Shown: positions 43,006 through 54,040, counted from the first letter of the whole stretch. The stretch is 56,896 nt of DNA, filler included, from Barthelona sp. PAP020 (GCA_040182905.1; 4 parts of 4 records of this genome joined end to end with filler, not necessarily neighbours in it); one strand, 5' to 3'. The notes: generated by a model not told the origin, from the letters alone. Program-made: numbers and translations.

Positions 43006-43588
43006 GACTTTTCCAACAAAAAGAAATAATGTATAAAAGTTTGTTGGTTTATTGTTTTGCTTTTTTTTGGTGAATGTCGTTCAAGGGTTATGATTATCCA
43101 TTTATTGTTCTTTTAGGTTGACAAAAATATTATCATTTTTCATCATCTTTCTGTATGTGGTAATTTGAAGGTCTTTTATGGTCATGAAATTTGAATATTT
43201 GTCAGGGATATTTTGAATTTAGTTGTAGATAACTTTTAAAAAGAGGAAAGCTGCTTCAATAATTTCTTTTTCATTTACAACCTTTTTTTTGTTCATAGAC
43301 TTTGTTTCTAAGAGCTTGGGATTTTATTGGGGCGATCGATTTCGTCTTGAGAGTAATTGATGTCGAAGGGTAGTCTTTTTTTTTTTAAAAAAAAAACGTA
43401 ATCTTTTAATGTATGAGCAGAAAAGAAAACTTATATAAATCCTTTTCACTTTACCGCCAAAAACTTCATACACTGGAAACTTTGTCTACGTATGTGATTA
43501 TATCTCTCTGTTGCTATAACCAGGGAGTCTATAAACGTAAATGAAAACTTTTTTGATGAGACCAAATATTTTTTTTTTTTTTCAATAA

Positions 43589-44635
43589 ATGAATGAAGGA
43601 TGGCAGATTAAGTACTCAAAAAATTACCAACCTAATTCATTAAAATTATTGAACGTTCCAAAAGACATTTATGAGCGAATTGTAGAAAAGAAACAACCTT
43701 GTGAATTGAAGATATCTGATGAATCAAATGTCTATGTATGTACGGAAGATAAAACATATATAATGAAAGCTTTGGAGTATTCGAATGTTGAATTACTAGT
43801 TCAGCTTGAAAATAACCAAATAGTTTCTGAATCTCGTAGAATATTAGAGCTACATAAAGTTAAACCATCCTTTATTGAAGTTTTGAAACTTTTGAAGGAA
43901 ACTGATTGCTCTCAAGATAAATGGATTGAATATGAGATGCTGTTTGAAAATACTCAAATGTCAAACAATGAGTTAAATTCTTTTTTAGATGAATTAAATA
44001 TTATAATTAAGAATAATAAAGTTGCATTGTATAATTTAAGAGAGATTGATGAAGGGTTATCAAACCTTTTGTTGTCTTTACTCACTATTGGTTACGTTCC
44101 AATGTTACCGTTAACTATTTCTTTGTTTGAAAATAATTTAGAGGGTATATTATCTGAAGAAGAAATTCAATTCTTGGTTAATAGAATTACAAATACAAAT
44201 GGACTGATCAATTTTGAAAAGGTAGCCACGTTAAGGGCTCTTTGTATGTTTAGTGTTGAAGAAAAATATACTTACGATAATTTTAACAATGAATTGAGAC
44301 AAAAATTGGATAATGATTTGATGAATATGAATTTTCAAAATATTGAACAAATAAATGTTGATAAATATATTATAAATTTAAGAAAAGCAGGCAAAATACT
44401 TTTTTATGAAAAAGCAAATTTTGGGGATTCTGTCTTAACTTATTTGCCTCATTATGATTTGAGTTTTGATCCAAAAATTAGATTACAGGAATTATTTAAT
44501 CTTTGTAATCAACCTTGGGAGGATCAATTTCTGAAGGCTTATCTAGAATCAATAATTGATGATATCTCAACTTTTTTATCAAGAAATTGTCGGCAAATTA
44601 TTGGTTCTAATCCACCAACATATGTGTTAAGATAA
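43589..44635 (+). CDS. DCC1: Sister chromatid cohesion protein DCC1 (Ctf18-RFC subunit)
   Basis: VYVCTEDKTY...SNVELL, QMSNNEL, LSFDPKIRLQELF...W. Confidence 0.85.
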   Translation: MNEGWQIKYSKNYQPNSLKLLNVPKDIYERIVEKKQPCELKISDESNVYVCTEDKTYIMKALEYSNVELLVQLENNQIVSESRRILELHKVKPSFIEVLKLLKETDCSQDKWIEYEMLFENTQMSNNELNSFLDELNIIIKNNKVALYNLREIDEGLSNLLLSLLTIGYVPMLPLTISLFENNLEGILSEEEIQFLVNRITNTNGLINFEKVATLRALCMFSVEEKYTYDNFNNELRQKLDNDLMNMNFQNIEQINVDKYIINLRKAGKILFYEKANFGDSVLTYLPHYDLSFDPKIRLQELFNLCNQPWEDQFLKAYLESIIDDISTFLSRNCRQIIGSNPPTYVLR

Positions 44636-44790
44636 GTTTTCTTTGTTGATGAAGTTTTTCGAAAAATACTAAAATAAATAAACTATATTTTCAATTTTTT
44701 TATGTTGATTATTGAAATTTAATCCTCAAAGATTTGTCCGACAAACAACAAAAACGTTTTTTTTTGACATTATTTTTTTTTTGCTTTTTT

Positions 44791-46326
44791 ATGTCTATTT
44801 CATCTCTCCACAATAATATTGGGGAGTTTATTGATTCGATTGCTGTTAAATTGGACAAAATATTTTCCATTAATGAAGAGAATAGTGATATTTGTACACA
44901 TTTAAAAAATGAAACAACAAAGTTTACAAATGATAGTGTACTATTACCAATTGATCAATTAATTATTGAAACCCTTGAAAAAAGTGCAAATATTTATGAA
45001 TTTGATGATAATTTTGAGGGAAAGGAACTTACTCAGTTAGAGCAAGTTTTAAAATTATTAAAAACCAAAGAATGCATAACAAATTATGGATTTAACTCTT
45101 TTAATAAGGATTATGGACACAGATATTTGCAGAGTTATCATAAAGAAACTGTTTTGAAACCAGGTTCAACAACTAAAAAACATGAGAAAGAATTTATTAA
45201 TTGGTTAAAATGTCATCGAGCTTCAAAAGAATCTGAATCTGAGATGATTCGTATTGAACAACATATGTGGAACAAAGCAATTCAGGATGAAAAACAGAAA
45301 GATGAATTAATTTTGATGAATAATTTTGATCATTATAGCGAACTTCGTGAAAAAAAAGATTTCGAGGAATTTATTTGTAATCAAGAATCTGCTGTTGAAA
45401 TTGATATGCAATATGCACAAATTCAAGAAGTATTAAATAAAGAAAAAGAAGAAATGAAAAATTTGATTGAAGACTCTTTAAGACGGCAAAAAGAATATGA
45501 AATCACTAAATTACACAAAGAAAAACGAATATTTGAAGAAAGAAAACATCGTGAAACAGCAGCATTGGCGTTAATTGAGCGAAAAGAAGAAGCAAAAAAG
45601 ATTGAAGAAGAAAAGAAAATAGCGGATGAAAATGAACGAATTGAAAGAGAAATAAGAGAAGAAGAACAAAGATTAAAGGAAGAAATTGCTTTTAAAAAAG
45701 AAACAGAAGCTAAAACATCAAGTTCCAATGAATATTTCAGTTCACAGTCTTTTGAGAACTCTTCAAAAGATTTAGATATACAGTCGGAAATTGAAAGACA
45801 AGTGAAATTGAGAACTCAACATATGCAAAATCTGGTTGATGAAGAACGACGCAAATTAATACAAGCAACGTCTTTGTTACAAAAAATTCAATCAGACAAA
45901 CAAATGAATATGGAAAAAGAATTATTGAAAAAAATAGAGTTAGATAGGCAGGAAGAGTTGTATAAAAGTAAATTATCTGATATTATTGCTCATGAGAAAA
46001 GTTTTGAAGCTTTTAAAGTTTCAAATCACAGCATAATTGGCAGCGTTCAAGATGAAGCTCCTTTCACACCCAATGAGAACATAAAAAAGGCTGCTGAATT
46101 CAAACCATTGTCAGCAGATCAATTAAATGCCATCGAATTTCATGTTAGTCATTCAACATCCTCACTTATTCATGATTTTGATGAAATGAAAGAAACTCAT
46201 GGGTTATCGCGAGTATCTTCTTCTTCTTCTTTAATAAGTGCAGATGTCGATATATCAATGAATCACAGTCCAAGTGATGATCTTCGTCAAAGACGTAAAA
46301 GTATGAGAAGGAAAAAGAAAAAATAA
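44791..46326 (+). CDS. Coiled-coil protein of unknown function
   Basis: E/K/R-rich helical region, basic C-terminus (RRKKKK); first ATG at 44791. Confidence 0.75.
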   Translation: MSISSLHNNIGEFIDSIAVKLDKIFSINEENSDICTHLKNETTKFTNDSVLLPIDQLIIETLEKSANIYEFDDNFEGKELTQLEQVLKLLKTKECITNYGFNSFNKDYGHRYLQSYHKETVLKPGSTTKKHEKEFINWLKCHRASKESESEMIRIEQHMWNKAIQDEKQKDELILMNNFDHYSELREKKDFEEFICNQESAVEIDMQYAQIQEVLNKEKEEMKNLIEDSLRRQKEYEITKLHKEKRIFEERKHRETAALALIERKEEAKKIEEEKKIADENERIEREIREEEQRLKEEIAFKKETEAKTSSSNEYFSSQSFENSSKDLDIQSEIERQVKLRTQHMQNLVDEERRKLIQATSLLQKIQSDKQMNMEKELLKKIELDRQEELYKSKLSDIIAHEKSFEAFKVSNHSIIGSVQDEAPFTPNENIKKAAEFKPLSADQLNAIEFHVSHSTSSLIHDFDEMKETHGLSRVSSSSSLISADVDISMNHSPSDDLRQRRKSMRRKKKK

Positions 46327-46546
46327 TTGTTTGTAAAATTTTCAATTTTTTTTTTTTTTTTTTCAAAAACTAAACTTTTTTCTGAACATTATGTCTTTTA
46401 TTGACAGACAAGTTTTACTAAGGATTTTGATTTCAGCTTTGAAATCATCATTTTATATACACATCTGATATGTTCATGACAAATGAAGGACCCAAACCAA
46501 AAAAAAATCACAACAAAGATTTACATAACGTTAAAAACTTTCCTTT

Positions 46547-48070
46547 TTATTCAATTTCAATATCATCCATGGAAAATAATTCCTTGGCAGTTTCATTGAA
46601 AACATCAGCATTGAAAGTTTTGGAGTATTCCAAATTTCCATTAGTCAAAACAAATTCAAGAATTCCAATTTCAGTACGATCACCATTGTAAACAAGAGGT
46701 TTCTTTTCACCTGCTTTGAACATCAAAACGGTGGGGAAACCTTGAACAACAACATTACTGTTAGGAATATCATTAGAATCACCATCTAATGTGGCAAAAA
46801 TAATTTCTTTATCATTTTCATTCATAAAAGCTTTCTTAAAAGCATCAGTCTTTAACATTTGAGCAACCTTATAAAAAGTAGGCAACAAAGCCTTACAATG
46901 ACCACACCAAGGGGCATGAACAACAACAAGACGATCATGTTCAAAATATTCTTTTTCCAATAAATCAACCCAAGAATTTCCAACAACAATAAGAACACCA
47001 TTTTCACTCCAAGCTTCCTCAGGAATTTCTTCAGATCTAACAAAAGCTTCAGATTTTCCTTCAATGAAATCTTTTAAAAATTGAGTTAATTTTTCAACTT
47101 CAGCAGAAAAGTCTAAGAAATTGAAATGACGATTACTTCTTAAATCAATACAAGATAAAGAAGGCATCTCTTGTTGTCCTAATCTTTCCAAAAACTTGGA
47201 AAATTTAACACCATCAACTGCAACAAAATTGGGCATTTTTTGACCTTCAGGTAATTCCAACTTTTGACCAAGTAAAGTCTTTGCAGAATCAATAAAATTT
47301 TTGTAGTTATCTTCTTTGGGATCAAAGAAATAAAGACAAATTGGGGGAGCATCTTGATAAAAGAAATCTCTGAAATTATCACGATCTAATTCAGTAACCA
47401 ATTGTTTGCGGTTAGCATTGAAAAAAGTAACCAATTCATCTTCTGTTGTGTCTTCAGTAATGGTTAAAGCAACAGCTTCAGAATCAGGACGCTTAACAAT
47501 TAATTGATTTTCTTCCTCAATGGTAGAAAATGCAAATTTAACTCTTCCCAAAAATTCAATGGCTAAATTTTCAAAAAATTCTTTAATACCTTCAGAAACT
47601 TCACCACTATAAATAACGTAATATTCGTTCTTGATGAATTCTTTTCTTTTTTCTTCAGAATCAATTTCTTCAATTAATTCATCAGAAAATTGCATCATGT
47701 ATTGATAAATTTCTTCTGCCTTACGATCACCAGTGTAATCACTGACATATTGATTACGTTTGAAAATTTTCATGGTGGGGAAACCTTCAATTCCTTGTTC
47801 AGTACATAAGTCACCGTGGTCATCACAATCAATTTCAGCGAAAAGAATTTTGGGAAATTCCTTCATTTGTTCAGCAGCCTTGATATATTCAGGTGCCAAA
47901 TTCTTACAATGTCCACACCAAGGGGCAAAAAATTTAACAATAGAAAAATCATGAGCGCTTAAAGTCTCATCCCAATTTTCAGACGTTAATGTTTTAACAA
48001 CCTCATTTTCATTGGCGAATAGTATCGAAAAGATACTGACAAACAATAAAATATGTATAAATTTCATCAT
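46547..48070 (-). CDS. PDI: Protein disulfide isomerase (a-b-b'-a')
   Basis: Signal peptide from ATG 48070, two APWCGHCK motifs, two GFPT motifs. Confidence 0.96.
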   Translation of the reverse strand: MMKFIHILLFVSIFSILFANENEVVKTLTSENWDETLSAHDFSIVKFFAPWCGHCKNLAPEYIKAAEQMKEFPKILFAEIDCDDHGDLCTEQGIEGFPTMKIFKRNQYVSDYTGDRKAEEIYQYMMQFSDELIEEIDSEEKRKEFIKNEYYVIYSGEVSEGIKEFFENLAIEFLGRVKFAFSTIEEENQLIVKRPDSEAVALTITEDTTEDELVTFFNANRKQLVTELDRDNFRDFFYQDAPPICLYFFDPKEDNYKNFIDSAKTLLGQKLELPEGQKMPNFVAVDGVKFSKFLERLGQQEMPSLSCIDLRSNRHFNFLDFSAEVEKLTQFLKDFIEGKSEAFVRSEEIPEEAWSENGVLIVVGNSWVDLLEKEYFEHDRLVVVHAPWCGHCKALLPTFYKVAQMLKTDAFKKAFMNENDKEIIFATLDGDSNDIPNSNVVVQGFPTVLMFKAGEKKPLVYNGDRTEIGILEFVLTNGNLEYSKTFNADVFNETAKELFSMDDIEIE

Positions 48071-48411
48071 AAAAACGATAGAAACTACAAAAAATGTGAA
48101 TTGAAAGGAGGTTCTTTTTTTTCCAAATTTTTTTTGAACGACATCAATCAATCCAATCAAATTTTTCCTAGTTTTAAAAACCCTCCTCAAATCTTTCAAG
48201 TTTTATGAGGTCATTTTGATACTTAGCAAAAAAATAAATCAAATTTTATGCAATTTGTAATTTGAAAATTTCTTTTCAAAGATTAATTGGAAATTGAACA
48301 AAATATTATTTGAACCAAATTGTTGAAATGGAAAGGTAAAAATTGGGAAAAAAAAAAAAACAAAAAGTTTACACAAATTTTTTAAACTTGATTTGAGCCA
48401 CATGGCATTGC

Positions 48412-48954
48412 ATGGTAATTCACTCAGATACTCATCCGCAACTGTTAGAATTATTGCCAGACAGTAATAATTTTCGTTTTGTTCATCTAACATTAGCCTT
48501 TTCTATAAGTGAAGTAATCACAACAAAATTACTTTTATTAATTCAAGAGTTAGATTCAAGAGTTATTGTATTAACCAAACAACTTGATGAAAAAGAGAAT
48601 GAACTGCATGAGTGTTTCGCGAATGATCTGGATGTTGAGTCATTTGAGTCATTATATGATGAAATGAAAGAAATTGTTAGGCAAATAAACATATTTATGG
48701 TTGAAAAAAAATCTTTGGCAAATCAATTGCAAAGGTTTGTTGTCAGTCAACAACAAAATATCATCACTGCAAAGCATGAATGTGAAGCTTTTGAAGGATA
48801 TTGTTTTTGTGATCAAATTGAAGGAGAAATGCTTGAATGTAGCAGCTGTCATCAATGGTATCACCTTAATTGTCTTCGATTAAAAGTTTCTCAAATTCAA
48901 AATGTTGATAAATGGATTTGTCCTGCTTGTACTCGTTCTAAATTGGGTCATTGA
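48412..48954 (+). CDS. ING-like PHD-finger protein (start and exon structure uncertain)
   Basis: N-terminal helices (LIQELD...EKKSLANQL) and PHD YCFC...MLECSSCHQWYHLNC...WICPAC. Confidence 0.82.
   Translation: MVIHSDTHPQLLELLPDSNNFRFVHLTLAFSISEVITTKLLLLIQELDSRVIVLTKQLDEKENELHECFANDLDVESFESLYDEMKEIVRQINIFMVEKKSLANQLQRFVVSQQQNIITAKHECEAFEGYCFCDQIEGEMLECSSCHQWYHLNCLRLKVSQIQNVDKWICPACTRSKLGH
48464..48496 (+). other. Probable 33-nt in-frame intron in the PHD gene
   Basis: GTAATA...CATCTAACATTAG, similar in size and 3' architecture to the other introns. Confidence 0.55.
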
Positions 48955-49229
48955 AAATTCATTGACTTTCACAAAATATTCATTTAATTTCGTTTTCTTC
49001 ATTTTTTCTTTTCCTGTTGTTTTGGGCATATCTTATATTCCTGTGTCCTTATGTGTGTGTTTTTTTTTTTTTGTTATTTTTGGTGTAAAGAAGAAATTTG
49101 AGATTTTTTTTTAATCATCTTTTGAAAAAGTATTTTTTTTTTTTTGCTGTTTCCTCTTCATTTTTCAATAAAAGTGTTATGCAAAATAAAAAATTCATTT
49201 ATTTACATATCATGTTACTTTTAAGATGA

Positions 49230-52200
49230 TTAATCACTATTTAAGGAGCAAACACCAACCAACCTCGAAAATTCTTCACTCCATTCATTAGCACACTGCT
49301 TCATCGAAATTGGTGCCTTCAAACATTTACTTCTTAATTCAAAATATCTCTTTGAATCATACCAAATATCCAAAGCAAAATTTAATGCATCTAACATGCT
49401 GTGCACAGAATAATTTTGCATCAAAATTCCATTGATATTGTTTTGAACTGTATCCTTTAAACCCCCTGTTGGTGTTGCAATTACAGGAGTTCCACATGCC
49501 CAAGATTCATGATTTACCAAACCACAAGGTTCAAATTCAGAGGGCATTAATGTAAAGCTAGCACCTGCCAAAGCCAATAAACCATCTCCAAAAAAGTTGG
49601 TGGGGTTAGCCCAAATAGACAAAGGAAATTTGTATTTGAGACGATTTATTGTATCTTTGCAATAATAACCATATTCACTACCATCAATGCAACCTCCAAT
49701 TAAAAACTGAGCCACTTCACCTCTTTGAGATAAAAGAATGTCCATAGCTTCCAAAATTAAATGAACCCCCTTTTGTGACGCTATTCTACCAATAAAAACA
49801 AATGTTGGAATATCTGGATCATGGTGGTAAAAGAATTTCTGTTGTAAGAGTTTTTGAGCGTTTCTGAAGTTATTCAAAGATTCTTCATTCAATTTCATAT
49901 GTATTGAATTTACATCAATACCATTGCAAGTTGCAAAAGGGTTGGGAAATTTATGTAATAATCCCGATAATCTATGATTAGCCATCAATTCAGATCTATA
50001 GCCTTTTGACACTGTGCCCCAATTATCAACCGTTAATAAACTAATTCTGGTGGTAATAATTTCATTATTGGCACTGAATGGATCGTTTAACAAAGAATAA
50101 TCAAGACCGGTAATTCTTTGAATTTCGTGTTTATTCGATAGATAGATTTCACCAGCATAACCTTTTCCAAGATTATGAATGATATGGTAAAAGTTACAAT
50201 GACTAAATGCAGTGTCAAAAAATCTTTTGGACTTTCCATAGCTGGAAACCAAAGCTGCCATCCAATCATGAGAAACAATCATTTTACAATTGGAAACTAA
50301 CTCATATGAACAAAGATATTGTAAACCAGCTTTAGCCAAAGCAACACAAGCTTTCAATTTCATTGGTTCATCAAAAGAATAAAGTTTGGGAAAGATAAAA
50401 GGATTGTGCAAGAAAACGAAAGAAATGTTATTTTCAATCAAAGAATGTACTCCAAATTCTCTCCATTCATTATCAATGGTTGTTCCAACATTTCCCAAAT
50501 ATTTAGCGTTTTCAATTGTGATAACTTGATTATTCTTATCAACATTATAAAAAGGACAAATAACAGTTAAATTTAAACCATTTTCAGCCAAAGCTTCCGC
50601 AAATTGAGATACCATTACAGCTAAACCACCTGCTTTGAACCAAGGAGCTAATTCTGCTGTAAAAAAAACAATATCTCCTTGTTTTGAACGTTCAATATGA
50701 ATAATTGTTTTTAACAAAGGATGAGAAATGTTTTTCTTTAAAATATCCAAAATATTTGGTTGTAAAATTTTATTATTAACCAATTGAACAAATGATATGT
50801 GTAATAATTCAGCGATTGATGTAATCGAGTATTTAATGTTTGTATCATCACCACAATGATTACATAACAGAACTTTATCTGATTGATTGTTGATAAAATT
50901 CACTATTTTATTTAAAAATGATTCTAACATTTGAACACGTATTCTATCACAGGAAATACATCTAATAATTTCAGCAATAATGAAATTATAACTGAAATCA
51001 TGATTATGTAATAAGAAATGACTTAATCTTTGTAAACTATTGTGAATTAATTGTTGATAAACTCCCTTCTTCAAATCTCTTTGTTTGGCAATAAAAACTT
51101 CTAAAACTAACATTGTTTGAGCAGGAATCACATAAATACTAGACGCCATAAATAATTCTTCCAATAACAACACTTCAATATTATTGTTATGTTTAACGAA
51201 CACAATGAATTCTCTTAAACTTGAAAAATCATTCCCATCAAAAATATCCGCAAAATTTGGATTTCCAATAACATTATTCAAATCACAATTAAATATTTTG
51301 ATTTTTCCACCTCGATAATGTTGTATTTTTCCATCATTTGTTTGTTTATTATTCACAAAAGTACCTTGATCTTTCAAAAATGACGTCATATCAATGCTTA
51401 AACTTTCTTTTGAAATAGATTCTTCATATGAACAAATAACTCGATTATGAACACCATATTTGTGAACAAAAGAAAATAACCTTGTTCTATTCTTTACATG
51501 TCCTTTTTTATGAACTTTTGTGAATAAATTAGTTTCTTCATCCATATTATTATTATTCATAAAATCAATATTGTCAACATAATTGATATTCAAATTCAAA
51601 ACTTCACAAACATTTTTTTTGGGGAGAATTAATTCATCATTAATATATAAATTGATAAAACCAAAAGTGTTTAAATCATTTCTTCTTTCAATGTTCAATT
51701 TGAACAAATCAGAACTTTGATTTCTAACAAAATCTTCCAATTGATTGTTTAATTCAAATAAAGGTATAAAACCACTTTTTAAAATGGTCATAGGAGTCAA
51801 TTTTATAGTATCAGAATTAGCACAGGGTAAAAACAATAAAATATCATCATTTTTAGTTCTATTCATCAATTTTTGATAAACATATAAAAGAAAAGGATGA
51901 GGCTTAATTCCTTCAACATTCCAAAATATTTTTGAAATGTAATCTTCTTCTTCTTCTTCCTTTTCATTAATTTTTTGTTGTTCTTCATCTTTATCTTTAT
52001 CATACCAACCTAAAACCATATCTTTTATTGAAAGAGAAAATTTATTGGATGATGCAGGAGCAACAGTTTTATTTTTTTTAATTAAAGGCCATTGAGTTGG
52101 ATCAGGAAACTTAAATCCAGAAATCTCATCCAATTGTTCATACAATAGAATTAAATCATCAACTAAAGTTTCCCAAATGCGATAATCTTTAAAATTATAC

Positions 52201-53609
52201 CAACTAAAGACATTATTCTTTTCTTGAGCATATAATATCAGTTTACTGACATCTATTACAATTTTACAATCAGAATATTGTTCTTTAAACCATTTTAAAC
52301 GTTCTTTGACATTAATTAAAGAATAATCAAGAAAATTCTCAACAATAATTATCTTTGGCAGAATTTTGCAAATTTCTTTCTTCATTCTGAAAAGCGTATC
52401 CATTTTTATGGTACATATGTCGGAATTCACAAGATTTTCTTTAAAAACTCGATTCATTTTAAGATTTACAGGTTTCCACTTACTATCAATTGATAATTTC
52501 TCTAAAATTGTCAAATAAATTCCAGATCCATCATTCTTATTGCAAATAATTGAATTACTAACAGTTTTTTCAATTAAAAACCCTAAAGATTGATAATCAA
52601 TCGTATTTTTGGAAACATTTACACAAACAAATCGATAATCCCCAGGTTTTAAAGTGTCAAAAGTTTGAAAGTTTTCAAAGTCTTGAAAGTTTTTAGATGA
52701 TGCAAATAATTGTAAAAGATCTGCATCTGATTTCAATAAACGATCTGAAATACTATAATTGAACAATAAATTTAAGAAAATTTTCATTGAATGTTGTTGA
52801 ATTGATTGAATGGTCAGACAAGGAATTAAAATTTTCAAAGCAGACGCTAAATGTTCTTTATTTTTTTCCAAAGTCAAATATTCAACAATATCTTCCATCC
52901 AAAATAAATCTCCAGTACACTGCAAATTAGCAATATTCTGAAAAACGCTTGAATCATTAAAACGGGAAAAATCTATCATCCAATAATGTAAAGCTGCATT
53001 ATTAAGCATTTGAAAACATAATAATGCATCAATATCAATACTATCATTATCAATTTGAAAATGTTTGAAGCATTTATTGATTCCATAAATTAAAATGGCT
53101 TTAAAGGCCTTGTCAACATCAATATGATGTTTACTTTGATAATAAAACAGGTAAAGAAAAATATAAAGAGGAAATCTAACAATATTATAAGATGAAAATC
53201 TTTTAATATAACTGTCAATATCACCTCCCTTAATTATTTCGGGATCCAATTGCAAACGAAACAAAATATCTCCTCTGGATAAATTTTCATCTTGTTCCAA
53301 TACAAAAGGACTGTTTCTGACTTGATGAGCAGGCAATGTTGGAGTGGCTAACCCTTCTTTTGAAAATCCTCTGTTCAAAGAAATATCTCTTTGAAAATTA
53401 TCTTGTAAACGAAATTGATTCAAATAACTTTCAATATTTCTAATAATTGAATCCAATTGAAAACATTCATAAGTATCATAATAAAGATTTTCATTTTCAC
53501 ATTCCAAAGTAATATTTCCAAAATTGTTTTCAGTATTATCAATCAAAGTTGAATAAATAAATCTTTTGGATAATGATTCTGGAAAATTATTAATATACGT
53601 TGTAAGCAT
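49230..53609 (-). CDS. GT5 glycogen/starch synthase with a long N-terminal extension
   Basis: AELAPWFKAGGLA, SHDWMAAL, IHNL, TVSKGY, NGID, FIGRIASQKG, MPSEFEPCGL, TGGLKDTV; first ATG at 53609. Confidence 0.92.
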   Translation of the reverse strand: MLTTYINNFPESLSKRFIYSTLIDNTENNFGNITLECENENLYYDTYECFQLDSIIRNIESYLNQFRLQDNFQRDISLNRGFSKEGLATPTLPAHQVRNSPFVLEQDENLSRGDILFRLQLDPEIIKGGDIDSYIKRFSSYNIVRFPLYIFLYLFYYQSKHHIDVDKAFKAILIYGINKCFKHFQIDNDSIDIDALLCFQMLNNAALHYWMIDFSRFNDSSVFQNIANLQCTGDLFWMEDIVEYLTLEKNKEHLASALKILIPCLTIQSIQQHSMKIFLNLLFNYSISDRLLKSDADLLQLFASSKNFQDFENFQTFDTLKPGDYRFVCVNVSKNTIDYQSLGFLIEKTVSNSIICNKNDGSGIYLTILEKLSIDSKWKPVNLKMNRVFKENLVNSDICTIKMDTLFRMKKEICKILPKIIIVENFLDYSLINVKERLKWFKEQYSDCKIVIDVSKLILYAQEKNNVFSWYNFKDYRIWETLVDDLILLYEQLDEISGFKFPDPTQWPLIKKNKTVAPASSNKFSLSIKDMVLGWYDKDKDEEQQKINEKEEEEEDYISKIFWNVEGIKPHPFLLYVYQKLMNRTKNDDILLFLPCANSDTIKLTPMTILKSGFIPLFELNNQLEDFVRNQSSDLFKLNIERRNDLNTFGFINLYINDELILPKKNVCEVLNLNINYVDNIDFMNNNNMDEETNLFTKVHKKGHVKNRTRLFSFVHKYGVHNRVICSYEESISKESLSIDMTSFLKDQGTFVNNKQTNDGKIQHYRGGKIKIFNCDLNNVIGNPNFADIFDGNDFSSLREFIVFVKHNNNIEVLLLEELFMASSIYVIPAQTMLVLEVFIAKQRDLKKGVYQQLIHNSLQRLSHFLLHNHDFSYNFIIAEIIRCISCDRIRVQMLESFLNKIVNFINNQSDKVLLCNHCGDDTNIKYSITSIAELLHISFVQLVNNKILQPNILDILKKNISHPLLKTIIHIERSKQGDIVFFTAELAPWFKAGGLAVMVSQFAEALAENGLNLTVICPFYNVDKNNQVITIENAKYLGNVGTTIDNEWREFGVHSLIENNISFVFLHNPFIFPKLYSFDEPMKLKACVALAKAGLQYLCSYELVSNCKMIVSHDWMAALVSSYGKSKRFFDTAFSHCNFYHIIHNLGKGYAGEIYLSNKHEIQRITGLDYSLLNDPFSANNEIITTRISLLTVDNWGTVSKGYRSELMANHRLSGLLHKFPNPFATCNGIDVNSIHMKLNEESLNNFRNAQKLLQQKFFYHHDPDIPTFVFIGRIASQKGVHLILEAMDILLSQRGEVAQFLIGGCIDGSEYGYYCKDTINRLKYKFPLSIWANPTNFFGDGLLALAGASFTLMPSEFEPCGLVNHESWACGTPVIATPTGGLKDTVQNNINGILMQNYSVHSMLDALNFALDIWYDSKRYFELRSKCLKAPISMKQCANEWSEEFSRLVGVCSLNSD

Positions 53610-54040
53610 TTTGTTCACAAAATAATAATTGTTTTAACATACTCAAAAAAGTCAATTAGCTTCCATTTTTCCACATCACATTAATCACATCATCCAAAAA
53701 TTCTACAACAAAAAAAGTGGGTTTTGATTTGATGTGATTTTTTTTGCTTTATAATTTTTGTCAATCAAAGCTTCAAGCTTTCAGTTAAGAACCTAATTAT
53801 AAATGTTTTTTTTTTGGTGATTTGCAATTTTGGGAAATTCATTGGAATTCACTTTCTTATCTAAAGATTCTTTCTTTGTGTATCTTCTGGATATATTTAA
53901 TTGTGACGGATTATATGGCTAAATTCTTTAAATATTAGGAAGAAAATGCAAATGGATATGTTTTCAAATATAATATTGATACTTCGTAACATGCCAATTG
54001 TATTTATATTATTTTTTAAAATATAATTTTTCCATTGGAA

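Noticed and set aside
43495..43515. Minus-strand ACAGAGA as a U6 snRNA box
   Set aside because: The following AGC triad and internal stem-loop are not recognisable
36710..44635. SMC1 and DCC1 as a cohesion gene cluster
   Set aside because: They lie on different contigs separated by a spacer, so their proximity has no biological meaning
13900..44769. TTTTGACA near several gene starts as a promoter motif
   Set aside because: It also occurs inside coding regions and is expected often in AT-rich DNA; enrichment cannot be shown without computation
807..50278. Many short antisense or overlapping ORFs (e.g. 1504-2142, 34835-35161, 40912-41388)
   Set aside because: Shadows of real genes, with F/S/L-rich antisense composition and no motifs
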